DNA of 64,000 nt from Antedon mediterranea (lineage: Eukaryota; Animalia; Echinodermata): positions 4,521,812-4,585,811 of the forward strand of contig NC_092675.1 in assembly GCF_964355755.1 (NCBI RefSeq). The letters run 5' to 3'. Positions 26,368 to 35,785 of the stretch are shown here, in pieces. The notes under the pieces were generated by a model. It saw only the letters and a list, made by a program, of their open reading frames with translations, ran no database searches and was not told where the DNA came from. The position numbers and the translations under genes were made by a program. Position 1 is the first letter of the stretch. Every line of letters begins with the position of its first letter.

Positions 26368-28037
26368 ATGGCTTCAGAGGTGGCTGCTGTTGTAAATCGA
26401 TGTGAAAGCGGAAAGGAAAGCCAGTCATTAGGTAAATTATTGATCCCTTGTAAAAGCAGAACATTACTATATATTTATCTATTCTATGTTTATATTTTGA
26501 GAAATTTTGAAAAGCTAGTCTGTGTAGTCTCTAATATATGACCAAGTAAAAGTACATTTATAGTAAAGTATAAATAACAAATATTGATCGTTTCAAAATT
26601 CACCTCACCCAAGTGACCATTACCTACAGTTTAAAAAATCTATAGATTATTTTTGCCATTATTAAGCATTTGAGTTCGTAATACCATAATAATTTTATTT
26701 TTTAGATTTATCAGAGTGTGGCTTGATGAGTGTACCAGATGCCATTTTCCATCTGATGCGGGAAACAACTATTTTGAAATGTGACTTATCAAGGAACCAA
26801 CTTAAAAAGCTTCCTGCCAAAGTAGCTACTAAATTCAAAGATATTGTAGGCAAGTTGTTGGAATGCATTTTTTAAGTGCAAAAGGATATTGCATCATTAA
26901 AGCTCTTGTTTATTAAAGTTGCTGCAGGTTATTCCTATCAGGGAAATGTTGTTTCTAACAGACTCAATAAAAGAATGTTTTTACTGAGGTCTAAATAATA
27001 GAAAGTTAAAATTTACTATTTAAAATTCATTCTGAACATTTCATCATATCCCAACAAATAAAAATATTTTACTTAAAAGCGTGGCCAAATCATAGAGGGT
27101 GCTATCATTTTATAAATGCATCTAAAATAGAGGGCCCTATTCAAACATTTTTTTTATAGTTTTATGCACTATAAAGTATTGGGTTGTGTTTTGTATATAA
27201 ATCGAGAGAAATTGCATCTTTAAAGCGAGACGAGAGATTGAAATTAGGGAGGTTATTTTTTCACCTCCCTGTTGAAATATATAGAAACACCTGATTATAG
27301 GGAGACCTACGAGGTCAGACTATGTCACTACTGGAAAATTAGTCTCCTTGATGCTTTTTCGTATGCGTTAATATAATGGCATGTGATCAAGTGTTATTTT
27401 TAACTGCTAGTGGGCCGGCCATGTTTATTCCGTAGGCTGAGGAATACCAAGTTAACACCACAATCATTAGATTTTTATAATTTATTATTTTAAGAATTCA
27501 ACGCTTCAAATAACCAGCTGAGTACACTTAGAGATGAATTTGGACAGCTTAAATCATTAACTCATCTTAACTTGTCAACAAATAATATTGAAATGGTACC
27601 AGAAGCAATATACAACATGCCTTCACTTATTCATCTAGACTTGTGTAATAACAACATTTGTGGTGAGTCAACTTGAATTTAACCTTTGACCAATCACAAC
27701 ATGATTGGCCATCCAAACTTTCCCTTGTGATTGGTCAACTCACTTGCACTGCATCCAAGTGGAAGCAAGCTTGACATATTTTTAAAGGTTTTATAAAGTT
27801 TGCGGTACACCACATATATTAGTTTTGAAAACTGCTGAGTTTCTCAACGTTTCAATCAATATGCTTTGATCGTCATTGATCATATATTGATTTTTTTTTG
27901 TAGAATTTATCACTTCAAAATTGTTGGAGATGAAATCACTGAAGATTGTAAATTTAGAAAATAATCCATTGACATCTGATTGTTTTTATCTACTCTCTAA
28001 TCTGAATGATGTTGAGGTGAAATTAAGTGCACGTTAG
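26368..28037 (+). CDS. LRRC20: Leucine-rich repeat-containing protein 20-like, 4 coding exons, ~169 aa
   Basis: Exons 26368-26431, 26706-26849 (GC donor), 27495-27662, 27904-28037. Translation: MASEVAAVVNRCESGKESQSLDLSECGLMSVPDAIFHLMR..CDLSRNQLKKLP..LNLSTNNI..LDLCNNNI..VNLENNPL, an LRRC20-type N-terminus followed by LRRs. Confidence 0.88.
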
Positions 28038-28978
28038 GCTGGGGACAATGAAACCTGAACTTGACCATGAAGCTTCTTGACTTAAAGAAACTGGGTTGAA
28101 CTAGTTTGGATGCGACGTACTTATCATGGCTAAAGCAACTGTTATCGGTTGCCACGAACAAGTGAAGATTTTATCAATTTGTCAAGTTTGTATTGCAGTG
28201 CGAGTTTGAAAATGTTTGTATAGACTGAAAGATAGTATAGAGACTTGACCGTGAAACTTTTCATATAAATTTAATTTGAACTGGTTTTAACTAGTTTAGA
28301 AGTACTTCAAACAGTTACTGACTGTACCGTTTAAAATCAGGTTAGCACTAGAGGCACTGTGCTCGCTGAGGGCCTCAAATGAAGTGCCAAACCTAACCTC
28401 TTATGTCCTATATTGTGCATTGCATTTTTCTAAATTTAGTTGAGGGGGTGGGGGGCTGCAGACCAGCTGAATCCCTTATGAATCTGCTTACTGTGTAATT
28501 GATGTACTAGCTGTTCAAACTACGAGTAAGTCCGATTGCTCATTTATCTCCACCAAGGAGGTATATGTAGTCGATCGTCGTTTTGTAGATGTAGTCGACT
28601 GGTTAGAGTATTCTGTAGGTTCAAATTTTCATTTTGACTTGAAGTCAATATGTGATGAGTAATTTTTTTATTTCAAAAACCCTAAAAATGTATTATTTAT
28701 TTATTAGTTTCTGGGAAATGACTAGAAAGTAAAAAATAGTCATGCTTCATTGCACTTAGATTCTTAATTTCTTTTTTTTTACATAATTCAAGTATAACAA
28801 TAAGGTTTTAACACTGTCACATTTGAACAATATGAAATCATATATTTTGAAAAGAAACATTTCAATTATGGTAAAAGAATATTGATTTTTAGATTTTGAA
28901 AGCTACAATATTTATACAATTTTACAAGTACAGTATATTAAATTATTTTTTATCTATTTTTTAAAAAGAAATGCAGTG

Positions 28979-29152
28979 CAGGGCCGTACGCAGGGGGGGG
29001 GGGGTGCGACGGGTGCGTACGCACCTCCCCCTCCCCCACAAATTGGTCCACATTTTATAGGGTCTTAAAATAAATAAGTACTCAATATTATGAAAATGCT
29101 CCGAAATATATTAATCCGCACCCACCCAAATAAAATCCTGCGTACGACCCTG
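28979..29152. mobile_element. CAGGG-terminated MITE with 5-bp TSD (hAT5-like)
   Basis: CAGTG|CAGGGCCGTACGCAG...CTGCGTACGACCCTG|CAGTG. Confidence 0.75.
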
Positions 29153-29357
29153 CAGTGTATCTATGTTTAAACATAGATTCATTTATGTTGCATTAAAGCT
29201 GTATGTTTTACAGGTCAGGTATGTCGTCCATTTTCTTCCTTCATTCAGAACTTATTTCCAAAGTCCGGAAAATCGTCATTGACGTTGTCTCCATGGTGAT
29301 TGTAATCGGCTTTCCTTTCATATGTAAATATCAAGGTTTTCCCTGAAGTCAGCATAA

Positions 29358-29460
29358 ACAGTATCCAATGAAACCGCTCAGATATGACGTCAGAATCTAT
29401 ATTTGTTTGTTAAGCTTGACAACTGTAAATAAACGTCGTAAACACAAGAAATCGTCAGAC
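29358..29460 (+). promoter_or_regulatory. Pol II-type promoter: CCAAT, CRE TGACGTCA, TATA-like TAAATAAA, Inr
   Basis: Paralog of 32162-32270. Confidence 0.5.
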
Positions 29461-29882
29461 AACGGCTGCGTGTGATCTCGTAGTGTCAGGGTACTATTCT
29501 AGTGCTTACATTTCACGATGTTTGCCTGGAAGGAGGTACTGTCTCTGGTTCCGAAAGAACACCCGTTATGGAACCATTATGCATACTTCGCTTTTTTCCT
29601 TGAATTTCTATTCTTGGTTAACTTCAATCAACCAGACTCAACCCTCCTGTCATCAGCACATACGCAATACAGAGTGACGTATGGTTTGACGTTGATCGAG
29701 TGGATGGTCTGAACATCAGGTTCCTTTGCTACGGTACCGCTGCGGCCTTGCTGTCACCGTTACGGTGCTAAGGGTTGGTACCTGCTCTGTGAACCGCTTT
29801 CTTGCTCATGGTTGTCAGCATGTTATACTTCTGTCTGCTTGACACTACAAGTTTGAAAGTGGTTACAGAGAAAGTCATCCGA
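29448..29882 (+). ncRNA. Candidate structured ncRNA gene, copy 1 (family not identified)
   Basis: About 99% identical to 32257-32691 while the flanks diverge. Terminal stem GTAGTGTCAGG/CTTGACACTAC plus several internal hairpins; promoter-like motifs upstream. Confidence 0.5.
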
Positions 29883-30210
29883 TCGTGAAGATGTCAAGAG
29901 ATAGGTAAAAAACAAGAATAGAAATTCGAGGATTTTTGGCAAAATGCATACTTTCCATAACTGGTGTTCCTTTGGACTTGAAGACAGTACTTTCGTCCAG
30001 TGACTTAATCATCATGAAAAAATGCAACTAAGTCCCGTAGGTCCATTAGCATCATCTCATGCAGATGCAATTGAAAAGTTAGGGACTTGACAACTGGTCT
30101 AGTTTCAATTCCCAAATTTGCATTGGACCAGTTGTTGGAACCAGATTAATCCGATTTTAGTTCACAATACAAGAGGCAAAATTATGATTTTCTATAAATT
30201 ATGATAATTA

Positions 30211-30870
30211 CAAGACAAGACAAGACAAGTATCATTTATTATCATTTGTTTTAGGAAAAACATAGAAATTCTGTTTGCTCTGTTGGCGGAGCACAATATC
30301 CAACGGACACAACACGAACTCAAAAACAAAAACATTACAAAAAAAAGTCTACATCATATTTAAGGCTCTAATAGATCCTGGAAAGAAACTATTTGTAAAT
30401 CGTGCCTTATTGGCCTTAATAGAACGAAATCGCCGACCGCTGCGCATCAACTGGAACATACTAGAGGCCGGATGAAAATGATCATCTTTGATAGCCACTG
30501 CCTTTTTCAGAAGACGATCCGAAAATATGTTCTCCAAAGGCAGTTGTGTAGATCCAATTATACGCGATGCGGTCTTGACTATTCTATTTAGGTCACGCTT
30601 TTCATTTTCGGTAGCGCTACCGAACCATACCGTTAAAGAATACGTTATTACACTCTCTATAACTGACCTATAGAAGGACGACATTATTTCAGAGTTTATA
30701 CCAAATGATTTAAGTCTACGTAGGAAGTAGATTCTTCTTTGGGCCTTTCTAATAATGTTACGTGTGTTAATATGCCACTTCAGATCATTTGAAATATAAA
30801 TACCCAAGAATTTAAATTCTTCTACACTAACATTACAATTATGCAAGACTCGCCATTACATTCAGACAGT
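30211..30870 (-). mobile_element. Non-LTR retrotransposon 3' fragment (Rex1/Babar-like ORF2 C-terminus)
   Basis: ORF 30349-30846: FKFLGIYISNDLKW..KAQRRIYFLRRLKSFG..FYRSVIESVITY..HP..F.LMRSGRRFRS..RFTNSFFP. Ends in a (CTTGT)n tail. Confidence 0.85.
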
Positions 30871-31028
30871 ATTAGTAACTCAGACAGGGCTAGACTGCAC
30901 AACTGAAAATATAAACCCGTTCCAGATACTCTGTATGCGACATTTTTATCACTGAGATTTGTTCCCAAAAATATGAAAAATGAGGACGTTAATAAATTCA
31001 ATAAATTGAATAGGGCGTTCTAACCAAT

Positions 31029-31094
31029 GTCTCTGTGGCGCAATCGGTTAGCGGGTTCGGCTGAAAGTTGGTGGTTGAAGCCCACCCAGGGACG
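31029..31094 (+). pseudogene. tRNA-Asn pseudogene (anticodon arm deletion)
   Basis: tRNA-Asn sequence lacking TTAACCG of the anticodon arm, with B box changed to GGTTGAA. Confidence 0.85.
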
Positions 31095-31177
31095 ATCTAT
31101 ATGGTTTTAATCAATTTCTATTTTATTTTTTATATAAATTTCACAAATTCTAAACAATATAACAGTCTAACCAATAT

Positions 31178-31183
31178 GTCTCT

Positions 31184-31244
<61 letters not shown>

Positions 31245-31253
31245 CGAGGGACG
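31178..31253 (+). tRNA. tRNA-Asn-GTT: tRNA-Asn(GTT) with a 2-nt insertion in the 3' acceptor strand, probable pseudogene
   Basis: Consensus except CCCACCCCGAGGGACG. Confidence 0.75.
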
Positions 31254-31327
31254 ATGTGATTTTACTCTCTATTTTATTTTTTATATAAATTTCACAAATT
31301 CCAAATAATAAACATTCTAACCAATAT

Positions 31328-31333
31328 GTCTCT

Positions 31334-31368
<35 letters not shown>

Positions 31369-31401
31369 TAAAGGTTGGTGGTTCGAGCCCACCCAGGGAC
31401 G
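31328..31401 (+). tRNA. tRNA-Asn-GTT: tRNA-Asn(GTT) with an anticodon-stem mismatch
   Basis: AACCTAAAGG instead of AACCGAAAGG. Has a GTTCGA T-loop, unlike the GTTCAA typical of the big array. Confidence 0.8.
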
Positions 31402-31485
31402 ATATGGTTTAAAATCAGTTTCTATTCATTTTTATATTTATATTCTATTTATAAATATACATATTAACCTTATTAAAACCAAAAT

Positions 31486-31546
31486 GATCAGTTAGCTCAG
31501 TCGCCTGACAACACGTATGTCGTGGGTTCGATGCCCACGCTGGTCG
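31486..31546 (+). pseudogene. Internally deleted tRNA-Ile-like pseudogene
   Basis: GATCAGTTAGCTCAGTCG...GGGTTCGATGCCCACGCTGGTCG. Paralog of 54368-54440 missing part of the D/anticodon region. Confidence 0.6.
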
Positions 31547-32161
31547 GTGGAATAGAGTTTTAAAGGTGTGCAACCAACTGTTTTGGGGTTCACATAATTA
31601 TACTATTATATTATTATTAGTCATTCGTGGTCACAACACGCTACACTGTTTTGTTAATTTTTTACATTAGAAAATTATTATTCACATTATTAGGCCTATA
31701 TACATTACGGTACTGTTGCTATCCGTTTCATGCAGGATATGTGGCCTATTGTATGAATAAATGATAGTTGGCGTGTGTGGCCGCACCGTCCCAGAATAAA
31801 TATTATGTTTTAAACAGTTTGTTTTGTATGGGGTTAATGGGGACTGATGGGATAAATATATAGAACATTTTGTAAAGAAAGACTCGCGATTCAAGAGGGG
31901 TTTTTTTGTATAACGTTTCCTCGACGTGAATGCATTTTGCGCTTCATACACCTTTTGAAAACCCATAAAATATTTACAGATACATATAATAATATTATAA
32001 TTTCAGAATTGACGTTTCTTGTAATGTATACCATTGGGGTGAAGATCAGTTTTCGCAATTAACCATTGACTGAAGGCAAAGGTTATAACATACGTGACGT
32101 TCCCATTGTTTGAATTGCATAACAATGGATCATCGGTATTCAGTCTATTTGCTAAACGTAC

Positions 32162-32270
32162 GTCAGCAAGTTTAAGTATCCAATAAAACAGCTTACGTAT
32201 GACGTAAGAGTTTATTCTTGTATTTAGTCGGACCTATATAAACATTAGAAATCAATGAAATCGTCAGACA
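32162..32270 (+). promoter_or_regulatory. Pol II-type promoter: CCAAT box, CRE-like TGACGTAA, TATA box, Inr
   Basis: AGTATCCAAT, TATGACGT(C/A)AGA and a TATA-like box occur in the same order and spacing at 29360-29460, despite divergence of the bases between them. Confidence 0.55.
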
Positions 32271-32691
32271 ACGGCTGCGTGTGATCTCGTAGTGTCAGGG
32301 TACTATTCTAGGGCTTACATTTCACGATGTTTGCCTGGAAGGAGGTACTGTCTCTGGTTCCACAAGAACACCCGTTATGGAACCATTATGCATACTTCGC
32401 TTTTTTCCTTGAATTTCTATTCTTGGTTAACTTCAATCAACCAGACTCAACCCTCCTGTCATCAGCACATACGCAATACAGAGTGACGTATGGTTTGACG
32501 TTGATCGAGTGGATGGTCTGAACATCAGGTTCCTTTGCTACGGTACCGCTGCGGCCTTGCTGTCACCGTTACGGTGCTAAGGGTTGGTACCTGCTCTGTG
32601 AACCGCTTTCTTTCTCATGGTTGTCAGCATGTTATGCTTCTGTCTGCTTGACACTACAAGTTTGAAAGTGGTTACAGAGAAAGTCATCCGA
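32257..32691 (+). ncRNA. Candidate structured ncRNA gene, copy 2 (family not identified)
   Basis: Same features as copy 1 (offset 2809 bp). TATATAAA at 32235 lies 31 nt upstream of the A of an Inr-like TCAG. Confidence 0.5.
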
Positions 32692-32855
32692 CGGTAAAGA
32701 TTTCAAGAAAAAGAAAAAAAAGAATAGAAATTTGAGGATTTTTGGCAAAATGCATACTTTCCATAACTGGTGTTCCTTTGGACTTGAAGAGAGTATTTTC
32801 GTCCAGTGACTTAATCATCACAATAGAAATGCAACTAAGTTCTGTAGGCCCATTA

Positions 32856-33917
32856 CAGGGCCGTAGCCAGGATCTGTCAAGGCGGGGTTCGGACACTAAA
32901 TATTTGGGTCAACCCCCCCCCCCCCCCCCCCCCTTCTCTCCCAGCCTGATGCGAAGCGAATTTTGTTAAATGACATCCCTAGATGGCCGGAAAAGACACT
33001 CTCGTGCAGCATGCTATATAACCAATGAGCAAAAAGATCGTACTTTTTTCCTCCTCCTCAAACACGTCGATAATTTAAATGACGATAACTATTTGTTGCC
33101 GTATGTTAGATGCGCGTGCTCTGTGCGGAACCGCCGATTGTTTGATCATTTACTCCGTATTTTGTTTTGCGTTCAAGTTCAATGCGAACGTATATCTAGG
33201 AGCAGCCCCGAAAAAAGCACACTGGGTGAAGGCAAATGCCATTTGCTAGCTCTATCTATAATATTTATTTACAGCAATTTGTTGAGGAATATAAATATGT
33301 AAATAGGTGATATTGATACATTTTAGTACGTATCGGCTGGTGGTCTAGAAAAAAATAATCGGATGCCATAATGTGAACTACAGTACTTGATACCATAGAT
33401 ATTATAGTGTAAAATGTTAATATTCACTATAATCCTCTATGATACATTATACTTCATAGTCACACATAAATACTGATGTACGTCGGAAGGCTATATACTT
33501 TATGCATGCTGCAGTGATCTAAACAATTATAGGTACGCAGTTGTCTGGCGGTGTCCTTTGTACGAATCGTTCGTGCGCCAGCTCGCTAGAGACGCGTCAA
33601 TATCATGTTACATGCAGGGACCAAACATTTATTTTTCAGGTTAAAATCGGCAATTCATTTGCAGCTTTTAGAAATTTAGACACGTATCACTAGTTGACGC
33701 TCATACAGAGAAGAAGGCTCACGAACAAGTTTACGAATTTTTCAATTTACAAACAACTTTTTGTACTGTGGGGCACGTATTTGGAGGATTTTTGGAGATG
33801 AGGGTGAGGTATTGGGCATGTCGGAGATGGGGGTTCGCAGTTGGTTAATGGGGGTTCGCTGTAAAGTGGGGGTTCGCCCGAACCATAACCCCCCCCCCCC
33901 CCCTGGCTACGGGCCTG
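32856..33917. mobile_element. 1.06-kb non-autonomous DNA transposon, 5-bp TSD CATTA
   Basis: CATTA|CAGGGCCGTAGCCAGG...CCTGGCTACGGGCCTG|CATTA. The empty site is visible in the paralogous sequence near 30044. Confidence 0.85.
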
Positions 33918-34105
33918 CATTAGCATCATGTCACGGAGATGCAATTGAAAAATTTGAAAATTGACAATTTATCTTAGGCAACTAGTACCCTCATGCACAC
34001 ATTGGCCCCCAAAATGAAAAATTCATGAAAAATGAAGATCAATTACATCAGATTTTGAATAGGTTATTTAGTAGTTTTAATTGAATTACTTCCAAACTTT
34101 TAGGG

Positions 34106-34428
34106 GCAACTGCTGTAATAGTATAGACAGGTGGTACAATACTATATGTGCTTAAAGACATAACTTTTAAGGGCACCCACTTTAAGGAAACCAAGTTCCG
34201 CAACTGCTGTGATAGTATAGACAGGTGGTACAATACTGTATGTGCTTAAAGACACAACTTTTAGGGGCACCCCACTTTAAGGAAACCAAGTTCCGCAACT
34301 GCTGTGATAGTATAGACAGGTGGTACAATACTGTATGTGCTTAAAGACACAACTTTTAGGGGCACCCCACTTTAAGGAAACCAAGTTCCGCAACTGCTGT
34401 GATAGTATAGACAGGTGGTACAATACTG
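34106..34428. repeat. ~95-bp tandem repeat, ~3.4 copies
   Basis: Units starting GCAACTGCTGT at 34106, 34200, 34295 and 34390. Confidence 0.9.
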
Positions 34429-34442
34429 TGTGTGGTTACATT

Positions 34443-35717
34443 TATTTGACAAAGTTATGACATTTACACAATTTTATGAATGTTCAACTGATCTTAATAA
34501 TGACCCGCTGAACAAATTATGTTGTAACTAAAGCTAACTATTTTCAAATTTCTATTTTATTAGCACATTTGATTGAACTATCATGTCAACACATTTTAAC
34601 ATCCCACTCCTGAAAGAGTGTGCATGTATTGTTTACAATGAAAAAATATTACAGTTAAATTTTCTAAAGGATAATGATTTAGTACCAATAAGCTGTGGCA
34701 ATCTGATAACTTTTCAGGACAGAATTCTCAGAATAAACTGTACAATAAAATCTTACAATAAATGTTTGGAAGTAGAGTTGTTACTGAAATGATCAAATCC
34801 GGACATCCAGACAGGATTCAAAGGACTTTAAAATGCATAAAGACAATTACAATCACATCAATGATGGGGTTCGGGGTCAAAAAAATAAATCTATTTTACA
34901 TATTTTTACAATTTACATAATTTTCTTTTTACAAGCTAACATATTTACATATTGGAGACTTTGACAAAATATCAGTTAACCCCTATGAATCATGATCTTT
35001 CAAATAACTTAAGCACTATTCTTGGGTTGGTACTAAATCCTACCAAATAACTTAAGCACAATTCTTGGCTCGATACTTGTATTTGACAAAGTTATGACAT
35101 TTACACAATTTTATGAATGTTCAACTGATCTTAATAATGACCCGCTGAACAAATTATGTTGTAACTAAAGCTAACTATTTTCAAATTTCTATTTTATTAG
35201 CACATTTGATTGAACTATCATGTCAACACATTTTAACATCCCACTCCTGAAAGAGTGTGCATGTATTGTTTACAATGAAAAAATATTACAGTTAAATTTT
35301 CTAAAGGATAATGATTTAGTACCAATAAGCTGTGGCAATCTGATAACTTTTCAGGACAGAATTCTCAGAATAAACTGTACAATAAAATCTTACAATAAAT
35401 GTTTGGAAGTAGAGTTGTTACTGAAATGATCAAATCCGGACATCCAGACAGGATTCAAAGGACTTTAAAATGCATAAAGACAATTACAATCACATCAATG
35501 ATGGGGTTCGGGGTCAAAAAAATAAATCTATTTTACATATTTTTACAATTTACATAATTTTCTTTTTACAAGCTAACATATTTACATATTGGAGGCTTTG
35601 ACAAAATATCAGTTAACCCCTATGAATCATGATCTTTCAAATAACTTAAGCAATATTCTTGGGTTGGTACTAAATCCTACCAAATAACTTAAGCACAATT
35701 CTTGGCTCGATACTTGT
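34443..35717. repeat. Near-perfect 637-bp tandem duplication just 3' of the MAD2 stop
   Basis: Identical 69-aa ORFs at 34583 and 35220; very few substitutions between the copies. Confidence 0.92.
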
Positions 35718-35785
35718 CCTATCAAAAGGAGAAGAACTTCCCTTCCTGTCTGAAAGAATACTGAATTACGTTGACTTTGTGGAAC

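Noticed and set aside
29518-29712. 64-aa ORF with a hydrophobic stretch (also 32327-32521)
   Set aside because: No recognisable homology, and near-identity extends well beyond the ORF, which RNA structure explains better. A micropeptide is not fully excluded.
29479-29849. Solo LTR (GTAGTGTCA...TGACACTACA ends)
   Set aside because: The 5' base is C rather than T, there is no TSD or internal poly(A) signal, and identity continues past both ends.
29448-29882. Telomerase RNA, U8, RNase P/MRP or 7SK identity for the duplicated element
   Set aside because: The promoter layout is reminiscent of telomerase RNA genes, but there is no CUAACCCU template or convincing pseudoknot. ATCGTCAG matches only the first bases of U8. 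No paired CR-I/CR-V motifs are present, and an internal T6 conflicts with Pol III transcription.
30349-30846. 165-aa ORF as a host gene
   Set aside because: It is the C-terminus of a 5'-truncated LINE ORF2.
34583-35429. Twin 69-aa ORFs
   Set aside because: By-product of the 637-bp duplication antisense to the MAD2 3' region.
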